A DNA stretch of 63,986 bases, the filler included, from Barthelona sp. PAP020 (lineage: Eukaryota): the NCBI GenBank assembly GCA_040182905.1. It is 9 parts of 9 records of this genome, joined end to end, with 100 filler letters (N's around TTAATTAATTAA, not from the genome) between each part and the next. Parts side by side here need not be neighbours in the genome. Positions count along the whole stretch, not along the records: positions 1 to 7,381 come from JARQWU010000496.1; positions 7,482 to 14,781 come from JARQWU010000497.1; 7 more parts are not named here. One strand, given 5' to 3'. This document shows, piece after piece, positions 1 to 9,802 of this stretch. A model generated the notes under the pieces. It worked only from the letters and a program-made list of their open reading frames with translations. It did no database searches and was not told where the DNA came from. Within the stretch, counting starts at the first letter, position 1. Each line of letters opens with the position of its first letter. The translations under genes and the position numbers were made by a program.

Positions 1-80
1 GAGATGAAATTTCTTAGAATAGATGTCTTTCCTACTGCTGAATCACCAATTGTGACAATAACAATAACGGCTGAATCCAT
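1..80 (-). CDS. Rab-family small GTPase, N-terminal fragment (runs off window start)
   Basis: Manual translation MDSAVIVIVTIGDSAVGKTSILRNFI; G1/P-loop GDSAVGKTS typical of Rabs. Confidence 0.8.
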   Translation of the reverse strand, partial: MDSAVIVIVTIGDSAVGKTSILRNFI

Positions 81-702
81 AATTCTTTGGAAAATAAAAG
101 AATGAAAATCTAATTTTTAAAAGAAATCTCTGTTTGTTGAATAAAAGGAGAAATCCATTTTACAAGTCAATTGTATTTCATTAATACAAAAGAAAAACCC
201 TTTTTCAAAACTTCTCTTTTCTAATAATGCCAAAATAATGCTATAAGTTTTAAAAAGAAAATAAAAATGGGATATATGTGTTGTTTTACTCCAATATATA
301 CAGGCGCTTACAAAAAAATAATAAAAAGAACAAAAAAAAAATGCTGTTCCAAAATTTATCTCATTTCTTGCTTTATCATGAAAAAACATAGTTGTGCCAT
401 ATTTTATGGGTATTTTTCACTTCTTTCTTTCTTCTTTTCGATTTTTAAAGAAGAAACTTTCACAATTATCAAAAGCACATTGAAAAACAAATGCTGAATA
501 AAACGGATTTATCATTTTTCCAAAAAAACCAAAAAAAAAATTAGCAAAAAAAAAAAATCATTTATGTATGACTATGAACTCATGATTTGTATACAGATAC
601 GATGAGTAAGCAATTTTAATAGCAGTTGAATTATCATTTTAAAAGAGAATACATGACAACAGGTGGTAATAATTTTTTTACTTTCCGTAAAGAAAATATT
701 CT

Positions 703-963
703 TCATTGCAATTCATAAACATCATCAAATTCAATATTTAAATCATCTGAAAATCTTGAATCAATTTCAAAACTAGAACAACTTTCACTGCTTAATAAAG
801 AACTGTTGCTGTCAACAGAAGACAACGCTTGCGGTTTAAGAGATATGCCTTTTGTTTCTGTAATACCCATTTCTCGATTAGCAGATGCAATTTTAATTCT
901 TATATGTTGGCAGAGTGAAAAACTTTCCCTCAATTCTCCTTTGTTTAATATTTCTGTTAACAT
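703..963 (-). CDS. Small hypothetical acidic/Ser-rich protein
   Basis: 86-aa ATG ORF with protein-like composition; no recognisable domain. Confidence 0.3.
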   Translation of the reverse strand: MLTEILNKGELRESFSLCQHIRIKIASANREMGITETKGISLKPQALSSVDSNSSLLSSESCSSFEIDSRFSDDLNIEFDDVYELQ

Positions 964-1432
964 AGTTCAAAAAAGGTTTGAAAACAACAGACAGGCGCCA
1001 TAAGAATGCAACCCTTTATTTCAAAAAAGTTACAAAATCTGTGAAAAAACTTACATCAAAAAAAAGAATATGTTTTTTCAACTGATTTCAAACATCAACC
1101 AATGGAAATAAAAAGGCGAACTTTAAAAGTACTTTTATGAAATCAAAAGGAAAGGGATTTTTGTTTCACAGTAATTCCATTCCCACAACTGAAAACATTT
1201 TATTTAAATAAGTCATGAAATCACTTCAAACTTTTTCGTTTCTTTGTTTTCCTTTTTGTGTTGGTTTTGAAAATTCCTTATTATTTTTTTCTATGCTTTC
1301 ATATCTTTTTTTTTTTTTGATTTTGAATTTTTCACCTTCTATCTTTGTTTTCAAAGGAAAAAATTAACAAATAAAACAGAAATTATACATTTTTTTATAT
1401 TTTTCAAGAGTTTATGTGAATTATCATTGTTT

Positions 1433-2683
1433 TCAATTAAATAGCTCATCAATTGAATATTTCTTCATTCCACCCATTTCATTAACCAATAAGATTTCAT
1501 CATTTTTTGACAATATTCCTTCTACCGTAATAGATTGATTGTTTTTTGAAATGGCATTGATATTTGCTACACAATTAAAACTACTGTTTTCAAACTTCCA
1601 GAGAGAGACTCCAGGAAATCCAAAGGATGCAATTATACCATTGATGCACTGTAAATCCCCAATACAACTTAAAAATTCATCTTTAAATGTCATCAGAGGG
1701 GAACAATTTCTAATGTCCACAACTTCATAAAAACCATCACCAAAACCCAACAAAACCAGGTTATCTGTCAAAAAACAGTGACTATACAAATTCTGTCGTT
1801 TGGATTGATAATGAAGCATACCATTTATGTTTGTAAAAGCTCTATTTGCAATACAGTCTCCATTTCTAACATCAAATAAGAAATACTGTCCAAAATCTGT
1901 GGTTGCTGAAAAATAATTACTTAACCTATCAAATGGACACCAACGCACAGAACCCACAACCTGTTCTAGAGACCAATTTTGCATGCTTGTAGGATTTTCT
2001 GTATCAAAATCTTCAAAAATTCTGTTGCAATCTGTCAAACAAATTCTCCCATCATAACCACCACTTAAAATCAAAGAACGATTCTGTGGGTGAACTTTTA
2101 GCTCTCTGATATCACTATAATGAATTTTTGGCAAAGAAGAAACAACACAAGTTTCAGGTTTGTCACCTAGATCCACAATTTTTATGTCACTTCCGCCAGC
2201 AAAAACCAAACGTTGTTCTGAAATCCATTCAATAGAAAATACAGGAGCTTGTGAAGGTATTGTCCATATTGTTTTTGGATCATTGTGGTTCCCCAACAGC
2301 AGAAGATTATTGGAAGGATATGAAATACTACATGTAGCTGATGCCCATAAGTTTGGAAAATCAATATCATGTCCAGTAGATGGTCTGACCAAGCTTCGGC
2401 AGAAAGAACTTGGAAAATCATTGCCACTCAAAACTGCATCGGCCAGTGTTTGATGTGCTTGTTCCCAAATAATAGTTCTAGGTGGTTGAACCTCATGTTG
2501 TAATGATGATTGATGATATGAATGTGGAAGAGATTGTTCTAAGTTGTTGTGGAAAGAGTTTTGCATTTGGTTATTTGATAAATCCTTATCCAACTGTGGG
2601 AATTCAAATTGTGGAAATTCAAATTGTGGAAATTCATTTGCTGGAAATGCCTTTTCTGGTGAATTTGATTCAATGCCATACAT
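1433..2683 (-). CDS. WD40-repeat protein with low-complexity N-terminus
   Basis: WD-like blades (HYSDIRELKVHP..LILSGGYDGRICLTD; VGSVRWCP..FSATTDFGQYFLFDVR); first ATG at 2683 (ORF track opens at GTG 2710). Confidence 0.8.
   Translation of the reverse strand: MYGIESNSPEKAFPANEFPQFEFPQFEFPQLDKDLSNNQMQNSFHNNLEQSLPHSYHQSSLQHEVQPPRTIIWEQAHQTLADAVLSGNDFPSSFCRSLVRPSTGHDIDFPNLWASATCSISYPSNNLLLLGNHNDPKTIWTIPSQAPVFSIEWISEQRLVFAGGSDIKIVDLGDKPETCVVSSLPKIHYSDIRELKVHPQNRSLILSGGYDGRICLTDCNRIFEDFDTENPTSMQNWSLEQVVGSVRWCPFDRLSNYFSATTDFGQYFLFDVRNGDCIANRAFTNINGMLHYQSKRQNLYSHCFLTDNLVLLGFGDGFYEVVDIRNCSPLMTFKDEFLSCIGDLQCINGIIASFGFPGVSLWKFENSSFNCVANINAISKNNQSITVEGILSKNDEILLVNEMGGMKKYSIDELFN
2592..2636. repeat. 15-bp tandem repeat x3 inside the WD40 gene (encodes EFPQF-EFPQF-EFPQL)
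   Basis: aactgtgggaattca / aattgtggaaattca / aattgtggaaattca. Confidence 0.9.
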
Positions 2684-3013
2684 TATAAATTTCGATATGA
2701 TGTTCAACACAATAAGGTCAAATACTAAATCAATTTTAAATTTAAGATTATTTACATTTTCAAAAAACTTACATCATTTTTCTGGAAAGCGGAAAAGAAA
2801 CATTTTCTTTCAAAATGCCACATGAATTAGCTGTTTACAAATGATCCAACCAAATTTCAAAAAATACAACCGTAAATAGAACAGAACTAAATGCTCAAAA
2901 GACCGCAAAAGATCATCACTCGCCTTTCTGCTCACAATTGCAAATTTTGCACTGTTTCAAAAAAAAAAAAGGAAACAAAATAGTAAAAAATGAATGGGAA
3001 AATCAATTTACTT

Positions 3014-3586
3014 TCATATCTTACTTGAAAAGTCAATATTAAACAACCTTAACTCATTGTTTACTGACGGAAAGTCTTCAATAAATCAACTCTGATGTTA
3101 AGAGCTTTGAGGAGGAACAAGGATTCTGAAGGCTTGATAATAATAGGAAATCTTTGGTAATCGGTTTGACAAAAACACAGATCAAGTGTATTTGGAATTG
3201 AGGTAAAACATGTCTTTCAGGAACTTTGGGAAGATCAGATTGTCTTAAAACATTTGAATAACCAACCATGTACTTCAAGAAAAGTTCCCATTCTGATTGT
3301 TCATGATTCATTGAAATCAGTTTCTTCCAAAAAACAAACATGTTCAAATTCTTGTTTTTCAATCACACAACCTTTTTTGTTTAAAATAGAAGTAATGCGA
3401 GAAATATTGTAAAGAACAAAAGGCACAGAACCACTTTGAGAAAAATCAGTGACCTTCTCAATATCAAAATTAATGGCATTCAATACAGAAAAATTCAATG
3501 AAGCATATTTCATTGTGGCAGTAACAACTTCATGATAATTATAAAAATGAGTAATTGACCACTGTTATTTTTCCGGATCTGGTTTT
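3014..3586 (-). pseudogene. Frameshifted remnant of arginyl-tRNA synthetase C-terminus / DALR anticodon-binding domain (DALRD3-like)
   Basis: Colinear motifs spread over different frames: KTRSGK, VTATMKYASL..FDIEKVTDF..PFVLYNISRITSIL, HEQSEWELFL, HLICVFVKPITKDF/YYYQAFRIL, IRVDLLKTFRQ, LRLFNI; several indels and a stop. Confidence 0.65.
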
Positions 3587-3842
3587 TTACATTTCAGAAA
3601 AAGTTTTTGTAAAAATTTGGATATTAATTGAAGTTTTTAACTTACAAACATGAATCTTCTTTTCAAATTAAAAGCATATATGATTTTTAAATCTCTTTCA
3701 TTTTGTAAAATATGTGGCAAATTTCTACTGCACGTTTAAAAGAAATAAAATGTTTGTGTGAAAAAAAATAAGAAAGAAATTTCTTTTACAGTTTCCTTTT
3801 TTTTTTGAGTTTAATTTCACAAATCAATGAAATCAAGGACTA

Positions 3843-5318
3843 ATGAATCCTAATGCTCCATTAATAACAGCATTGAAGCAAAGAAAGAATGATATATCAG
3901 TTTCGTTGAATAAGTATATTGATAAGGCAATAAAATCAATTGAAAAACATCCAATTCGAATTAATTCTGGAAAAGAAGCCAAAAAATTACCCAATATTGG
4001 GCCAAAAATGGCCAATATCATTGATAATATTTTGCAAACAATGATTAAATTTGACAAAGATGAAAGTAACAATATTATAATGGTACATGAACCAAGAGTT
4101 TCTAATGTACATAAAAATTCTTTCTTTGAAAGAAAAAAACGAGAACCCTTTTCCACTTTTTCTGAAACTTCTCATAATATCCCTGATAATCATTCGAATC
4201 TCGATAGTATAAAACATAAATCTATTTTGGAACCATTAGAGGCGACTAAATTACCTTTAAACAAACCAAAATATTTGCCAAAACGTGGATCTGGCTCTTA
4301 TGCAATTTTAATTGCTCTAAATAATCTTAATCGGGATGCTACTAAAGAAGAAATTATTGAAGAGGCTCAATCATATTGTGTTGCGTCTTTCAGGATATTG
4401 AGGTCAAATAAAAGAATGCATGGTGTACGTTCAGCTTGGAGCAATATAAATACCCTAGAAAAGAAAGAGTTGGTGAAGAGAATCAGAATAGGAAGAAAAC
4501 ATGGGTTTCAATTGACGAAAGAAGGGGTGAAAACAGCTAGATATTTGTTCAACAGATATAAAGATAATTCTTTCGCTGTCGAAGAAGAACAGGATGTCGA
4601 TGAACCACTTGAAACTCAATTGATTGTTGATAGTCGAGAAAAAGATGTGTTTCCTTTACTAAATGAACAATTCATTAAAGCCAGAGAGTTATTACCCATT
4701 GCAGATTTTTTGTTGTGTGCTAAAGACAGTGATGATATATATTCAGTTGGAATTGAACGAAAATCAATTGATGATCTAGAGAGATCTATTTATTCCTCTC
4801 ATTTGGATGATCAAATTGCCCGAATGAGTATTTTTGACTCAATCATTCTTATTGTCGAAGGGGAGATAATTGTTCATGAGAGATTTAGTTTTTTAATGAA
4901 ACATTTGACTCCATTCATCCTTGATCCCAGCAAATCTATTGTTTTTACAACTAGTCCTAATTCAACTGCTAGATTTCTCCAGCAATATTGTAAAACTTTC
5001 AATCCTTCCATGTTCAACACATTCAACAGAGACTTATTAAAAGAAACAGCCATCAAGAAGGGAATTACATCAATTCAAGCATTCGCTGGTGGTTTAATGG
5101 GAATTCCTGGAATTTCAAAAGAAGTTGCCTGTACAATTGCCATAACTTTTCAAACATTGCAAAGATTGAACAGTGTGTTGAAATACTCTTCCCCAAGAGA
5201 TTTGGCAATGTTACCTTTGGTTGATAGTTTTCAAAGAAGACAGTTTAATTCTGATTCAAAAATGACAACTATTGGTATTGATCAAGCTCTAATTCTCTAC
5301 AGGACTTTTGCTTCGTAG
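3843..5318 (+). CDS. MUS81: Structure-specific endonuclease MUS81
   Basis: N-terminal HhH (KAIKSIEKHP..SGKEAKKLPNIGPKMA), winged helix (YLPKRGSGSYAILIAL), ERCC4 nuclease motifs LIVDSRE and IERKSIDDL, C-terminal HhH. Confidence 0.92.
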   Translation: MNPNAPLITALKQRKNDISVSLNKYIDKAIKSIEKHPIRINSGKEAKKLPNIGPKMANIIDNILQTMIKFDKDESNNIIMVHEPRVSNVHKNSFFERKKREPFSTFSETSHNIPDNHSNLDSIKHKSILEPLEATKLPLNKPKYLPKRGSGSYAILIALNNLNRDATKEEIIEEAQSYCVASFRILRSNKRMHGVRSAWSNINTLEKKELVKRIRIGRKHGFQLTKEGVKTARYLFNRYKDNSFAVEEEQDVDEPLETQLIVDSREKDVFPLLNEQFIKARELLPIADFLLCAKDSDDIYSVGIERKSIDDLERSIYSSHLDDQIARMSIFDSIILIVEGEIIVHERFSFLMKHLTPFILDPSKSIVFTTSPNSTARFLQQYCKTFNPSMFNTFNRDLLKETAIKKGITSIQAFAGGLMGIPGISKEVACTIAITFQTLQRLNSVLKYSSPRDLAMLPLVDSFQRRQFNSDSKMTTIGIDQALILYRTFAS

Positions 5319-6054
5319 ACCCTAAATAAATGGAGGTTGTTTGTTTGTTTTCTAAAAGAAAGGTTGCAATCTGTGTTGAAAGAAATTCTCTTTCTTCTCT
5401 TTTTGCATTAACACGTATATTAGATTATTTACACTATTTCCTTGAATTTTATATTAACAAAGAAAAAGTTATTTGATTCACCCAATTGGTTTCTTGTTTC
5501 CTATCTTTTTGTTGCATTTGCAAAGGATAATTTCTATATATTTCCACTGACAATTTGGAACCTAGAATAACATGATAAACACTCATTTCAAATTTATCCA
5601 GGACATTTTCAAATAGACTTCGACTGGTATTTTTCTGAGTTCTACTTGAAATATACAATACAAAATTAATGAGTGTGGAAACTTAGGAATTCACAACAAC
5701 AACTAATTGCATTAAAAGTGTTGTCCTCCATAAATATTGTCTAAATTTGTTTACTTTCTGTCAATTAATGTTCTATATGTCAGAGATTTGAATATTTTGT
5801 GGTTAAATTCATTGACATCTTGAATATTTTCCACAAACCAATCATCTTTCTTAGCATTACCAATTTTTTTGTAAATTTCAACAGGATCCAGAACATTTGG
5901 GTTTTTTTTTGGAAATATTTACATTATTTGCCTTTTATAATGTCGCTGAGTAGTTCAAAAACTGAATCATCATTTACATTGGAATTTCAAACAAAAAACA
6001 AAAGCTGTATCAATTTATTTTCAAAACGGAATTGCTGAAAAAAAAGGAAAAGAC

Positions 6055-7200
6055 TTATACATTTTTAAAAAAGTTATCCAATTCTTTTTCACGTTTCTTT
6101 TTTATTTCTTTCAATTTCCATTGTTTTTTTCTAAATTCTTGTTGTGCTTTAAACACTTCTTTATTAAGTTGCTCTTTCCAATCTTTTGCAACCAAATCCA
6201 AAACGTCGGCAATTAAATCATCCAAAACTAATCTTACTTCTCTCCTTATTTGACCGTCTTTATAAACCTGGTTAAAAGAAACTTTTGATATATCTACCTT
6301 GTTTGGAACGCCCTTGGTTTTATTATTTTCTTTGATAGTCCAAGGTTGTTTCTTTTTCTTTCTGTATCTTTGTTCTGCCAATTTCATTTTCTTTAACGAT
6401 AATTCTCGCTTAGCCTTTAAACTTTCAATCGTTATTTCTTCCTCTATTTCTTCCGTCTCATCATCATTACAATCTTTAGATTTGAACGCTGATAATTTCA
6501 ACTTTTCATTGAATAAAATCGTGGAAATTGCACTTAAAGGTTTTTGCAATATGTTATTTCTTTGCTTTTCTTCTTCCTTCCCATTAAATTCATCTTTTTT
6601 TTCAAGTTCTTTCAATTTCTTTATTTCAATAAAATTTGATTTTTCTTTTGTAGTATCCCAATTAAGATAATGACCTTTCATTACTGTGCTGTAAAAGGGA
6701 TCATTTTTACTGATAATGTTGTTAATATTATGATCTTCTTCACTAAAACCTCCTGTCAATAAATGATTCAATTTCTTTTCTTTAACCTGTTGATTATATT
6801 CTTTCAATTTTTTAAAACGTATTTGATCAGATAATTCATTCGAAAATTCTAATTTTCTATCTCCAATTTCTGATTCAAGCAATATTTTGTCGTTACCAGT
6901 TGAATATTTATCTAATTGTTCCAAAAGAACATCTTTTAGTTCAATTTCTTTGTTTAAATCTTGATTGGTTTTTGTTTTCAACTCCTTCAACGTTGGACTT
7001 TTTTGTTCATCAAACACTGGTTCAACATTTATGTTGCTTTTTTCTATATAATCTTTGAAAGTTTTGGAATTTTGTACATTATTTTGGGAATTTTGATTTT
7101 GACCAATTTTTTTGTCAATAACATGTGTAGATATTTTGGTTGTTCGAGAAAAATCATTCAAAGATAATATTTTTGGCTCGCTCAATAGTATTCCTTTCAT
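6055..7200 (-). CDS. Hypothetical Lys/Glu-rich coiled-coil protein
   Basis: Long ORF of about 380 aa; first ATG at 7200. Confidence 0.65.
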   Translation of the reverse strand: MKGILLSEPKILSLNDFSRTTKISTHVIDKKIGQNQNSQNNVQNSKTFKDYIEKSNINVEPVFDEQKSPTLKELKTKTNQDLNKEIELKDVLLEQLDKYSTGNDKILLESEIGDRKLEFSNELSDQIRFKKLKEYNQQVKEKKLNHLLTGGFSEEDHNINNIISKNDPFYSTVMKGHYLNWDTTKEKSNFIEIKKLKELEKKDEFNGKEEEKQRNNILQKPLSAISTILFNEKLKLSAFKSKDCNDDETEEIEEEITIESLKAKRELSLKKMKLAEQRYRKKKKQPWTIKENNKTKGVPNKVDISKVSFNQVYKDGQIRREVRLVLDDLIADVLDLVAKDWKEQLNKEVFKAQQEFRKKQWKLKEIKKKREKELDNFFKNV

Positions 7201-7276
7201 ATTTCTCCTTTCATATTTCAATAAAAAAAAAAAGGAAAAAAAATAATTTCACATACTTTTACAACTATAACAATAA

Positions 7277-7381
7277 TTAAGATTCTTCAGGTTTTTGAAG
7301 CGCTTCAAAGAATTCAGCTTCCACTTCTTTTATCAATTGATTCAATTCAGCTTCATCGAAATTTGAATCTTCCAATTTAGT
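7277..7381 (-). CDS. C-terminal fragment of an unidentified protein (truncated by linker)
   Basis: Open frame TKLEDSNFDEAELNQLIKEVEAEFFEALQKPEES* from the contig end. Confidence 0.5.
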   Translation of the reverse strand, partial: TKLEDSNFDEAELNQLIKEVEAEFFEALQKPEES

Positions 7382-7481
7382 NNNNNNNNNNNNNNNNNNN
7401 NNNNNNNNNNNNNNNNNNNNNNNNNTTAATTAATTAANNNNNNNNNNNNNNNNNNNNNNNNNNNNNNNNNNNNNNNNNNNN
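7382..7481. other. Artificial contig-joining linker
   Basis: N44-TTAATTAATTAA-N44 with stops in all six frames. Confidence 0.98.
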
Positions 7482-7744
7482 TCGTTATTTGGACTGAATC
7501 TGCTTTCAACAAACTTGATGAAGTCTTTGACAGCAAGAATGGTTTCACTCTTCCTCGTAACATCGTTACCAACTCTGACTTCCAACGTATTATCACTTCC
7601 GAAGAAATTCAAAATGTTATTCGTGAAAAGCAAGCCAAAAAGACTTTCAGTCACAAGAACCGCAATCCTCTCGTCAACAAGGAACAAATGAAGAAGATCA
7701 GTCCTTATGCTGCTTACTTGTCCAAACTTGCCAAGAAGAACTAA
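7482..7744 (+). CDS. RPL4: 60S ribosomal protein L4 (uL4), C-terminal fragment
   Basis: Manual translation VIWTESAFNKLDEVF..FTLPRNIVTNSDFQRIITSEEIQ..NRNPLVNKEQMKKISPYA; absent from ORF track. Confidence 0.93.
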
Positions 7745-7846
7745 TGTGTTTATCTAGAGGATCTCATAAAGATTAGATGTTGATTTTTTTTTTTTTTGTT
7801 AAAGAAAAAATGTGAATGTTGTTGAATATTTACAAATTCGAAAGGA

Positions 7847-9652
7847 TTAAAAAGTAATTTTCAACTGATTGTTGTACTGTTGAGGTTGCAAGATGTTTAA
7901 TTCTAGAATTTTTGTTAAATCAAACATTTCCGCTGCTTTGTGTTGTAACTCCATTCTGATAGCCATTGAATCTCCTCTTGAAGACAATTCTTGATCAATG
8001 TAATCATCCTTTAATTTCTGAACAAATTTGTTGAATTCCACATCATAACAGCCAATAAATAATTGCTTAATTTGTTCAACGATTTGGTTTTTAAAAGTTT
8101 CAGCTTGTATTCTGTTTAAATTTAATGCAATGTTTAAATTTTTGGCCAAACAATCCAAATTTTTTGAAGGACTTTCATCTCTGTTGAATCTTAATCTTCT
8201 TAATTGATCTACCATTATGAAATTACTGGTTTGTCTTAAATAAGTATCAATTATTTGTTTAATTAATTGATTTGTCTCAAAATTTAAGTCAGGAATTAAG
8301 ATGACAAAACATGATAAATAATCAAGACAATTTAATTGAAAAATTAGATTACTAATTCCTTTCAATTCGCTAGCAGTTGCCTGAATTACTGCTATATTGA
8401 TATGGATCAAAACAGTTAAAATTTCTTGAAAAAATGGTTGTGAAAAGGATAAAGAAAAAACATTTTGCAACAATTCAAATGTTGCTAAAAATTGTTCCGA
8501 AGGTAATAAAGTTGGTGGAGCACTTGTGACATGACTTGTCCAAGCTATTTGAACTTTTTCCAAATAAGTTAATAGACTTGATTTAAACATAGAAAAGATT
8601 TCATCCAACATTTCTTCAGGAATATATCTAATAAGATATGTCAATAATTCCAAAATTTTTAAAGTTTTTGAAATGTTTTCGTAACAAACTTCATATGTAT
8701 AATTTGAATTGGTAAAATCGAAAATTTTATAAATAAAAATCAAATGTTTGGTTAAAGGTTCAAATATTTTTTGTAATAAAAGTTTATTTAAAATTTCTTC
8801 AATATCAAATATTTTTGCGAAATTTTTTGAAATCTCAAAAATTGAAGTTATTTTTTGTGTTAAAAAGGTAATCAATTCGATTGGATCTTTTGTTTCTGGT
8901 AATATCAATTGTGTTATTAAATTATCGATTTTTGCTTGAACAACTCTGTATATAATTCTTTCTGAATCATCTCCATCAAGCACAGAAAAATATTTCACCA
9001 AATCAAACAATTGTCTTTCTTGATCAGGTATCAAATCAATCAAACCTCTTTCCAAATGTATTAATGCTTTAGTAAAATAAATCTCATTGCTTGAATTCAA
9101 TTCTTCATATAAATTAATAAATTGAGACTCTTCACTCAATCTATTCAAAATTTTTTTTATTTTGTTGATCTTTGAAATAATCTCAAATAATCTCTCAGAA
9201 ATTTCTTTGTTATCAATAATTTCTTTTTCTTTCTCGGTCAATTTAAGTTCAGTCAATATCTTTACATACATTTGTTCATAATATTTCTTTTCATTCAATT
9301 CTAAATACAATTCATCATGTAATTTTTGAAACTCTTGATTTGCTGTTTTTTGTTTTTCTAAAATATTCTGTACTGATTTACAATTCTTTTGCATCTTTTC
9401 CAAATTATCATATATGTTTACACTTTGTTGCTTTAATTGAAGTAAATTGTTTTTTGCTTTCAAAATTTTTTTTTTTTGTGTATCATATATTCCATTTGTT
9501 AATTGTTCCCTGGGTTGTTCTAAATATTCATCAGGAATATTTTTAGAAATATGTATTTGCTCAAGAAATAAAGGAGAAGAAAAGTCAAAAGTTAATAATT
9601 GTTTGATTTTTCTTTGAATCAATAATTTTTCCCTATTTTGTGTATTATTCAT
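7847..9652 (-). CDS. COG6: Conserved oligomeric Golgi complex subunit 6-like
   Basis: N-terminal coiled coil, LKLTEKEKEII..ISERLFEIISKINKIK, PPTLLPSEQF and IFQLNCL segments match COG6 motifs. Confidence 0.65.
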   Translation of the reverse strand: MNNTQNREKLLIQRKIKQLLTFDFSSPLFLEQIHISKNIPDEYLEQPREQLTNGIYDTQKKKILKAKNNLLQLKQQSVNIYDNLEKMQKNCKSVQNILEKQKTANQEFQKLHDELYLELNEKKYYEQMYVKILTELKLTEKEKEIIDNKEISERLFEIISKINKIKKILNRLSEESQFINLYEELNSSNEIYFTKALIHLERGLIDLIPDQERQLFDLVKYFSVLDGDDSERIIYRVVQAKIDNLITQLILPETKDPIELITFLTQKITSIFEISKNFAKIFDIEEILNKLLLQKIFEPLTKHLIFIYKIFDFTNSNYTYEVCYENISKTLKILELLTYLIRYIPEEMLDEIFSMFKSSLLTYLEKVQIAWTSHVTSAPPTLLPSEQFLATFELLQNVFSLSFSQPFFQEILTVLIHINIAVIQATASELKGISNLIFQLNCLDYLSCFVILIPDLNFETNQLIKQIIDTYLRQTSNFIMVDQLRRLRFNRDESPSKNLDCLAKNLNIALNLNRIQAETFKNQIVEQIKQLFIGCYDVEFNKFVQKLKDDYIDQELSSRGDSMAIRMELQHKAAEMFDLTKILELNILQPQQYNNQLKITF

Positions 9653-9802
9653 TTAAAAAAAAACATAGCATACATAAATAATGAGAAATGCTTAACGAAA
9701 TAATTAAGAACAACAAATTAGAGAAATACAAAAGAAACGACAATTGTCAAATTTTTTTTCAACATTTTTTTTTTTATTTTTTTGAAATAATTATTCTTTT
9801 AT

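Noticed and set aside
7430..7687. 85-aa minus-strand ORF in the track
   Set aside because: Antisense to the RPL4 fragment and runs into the linker
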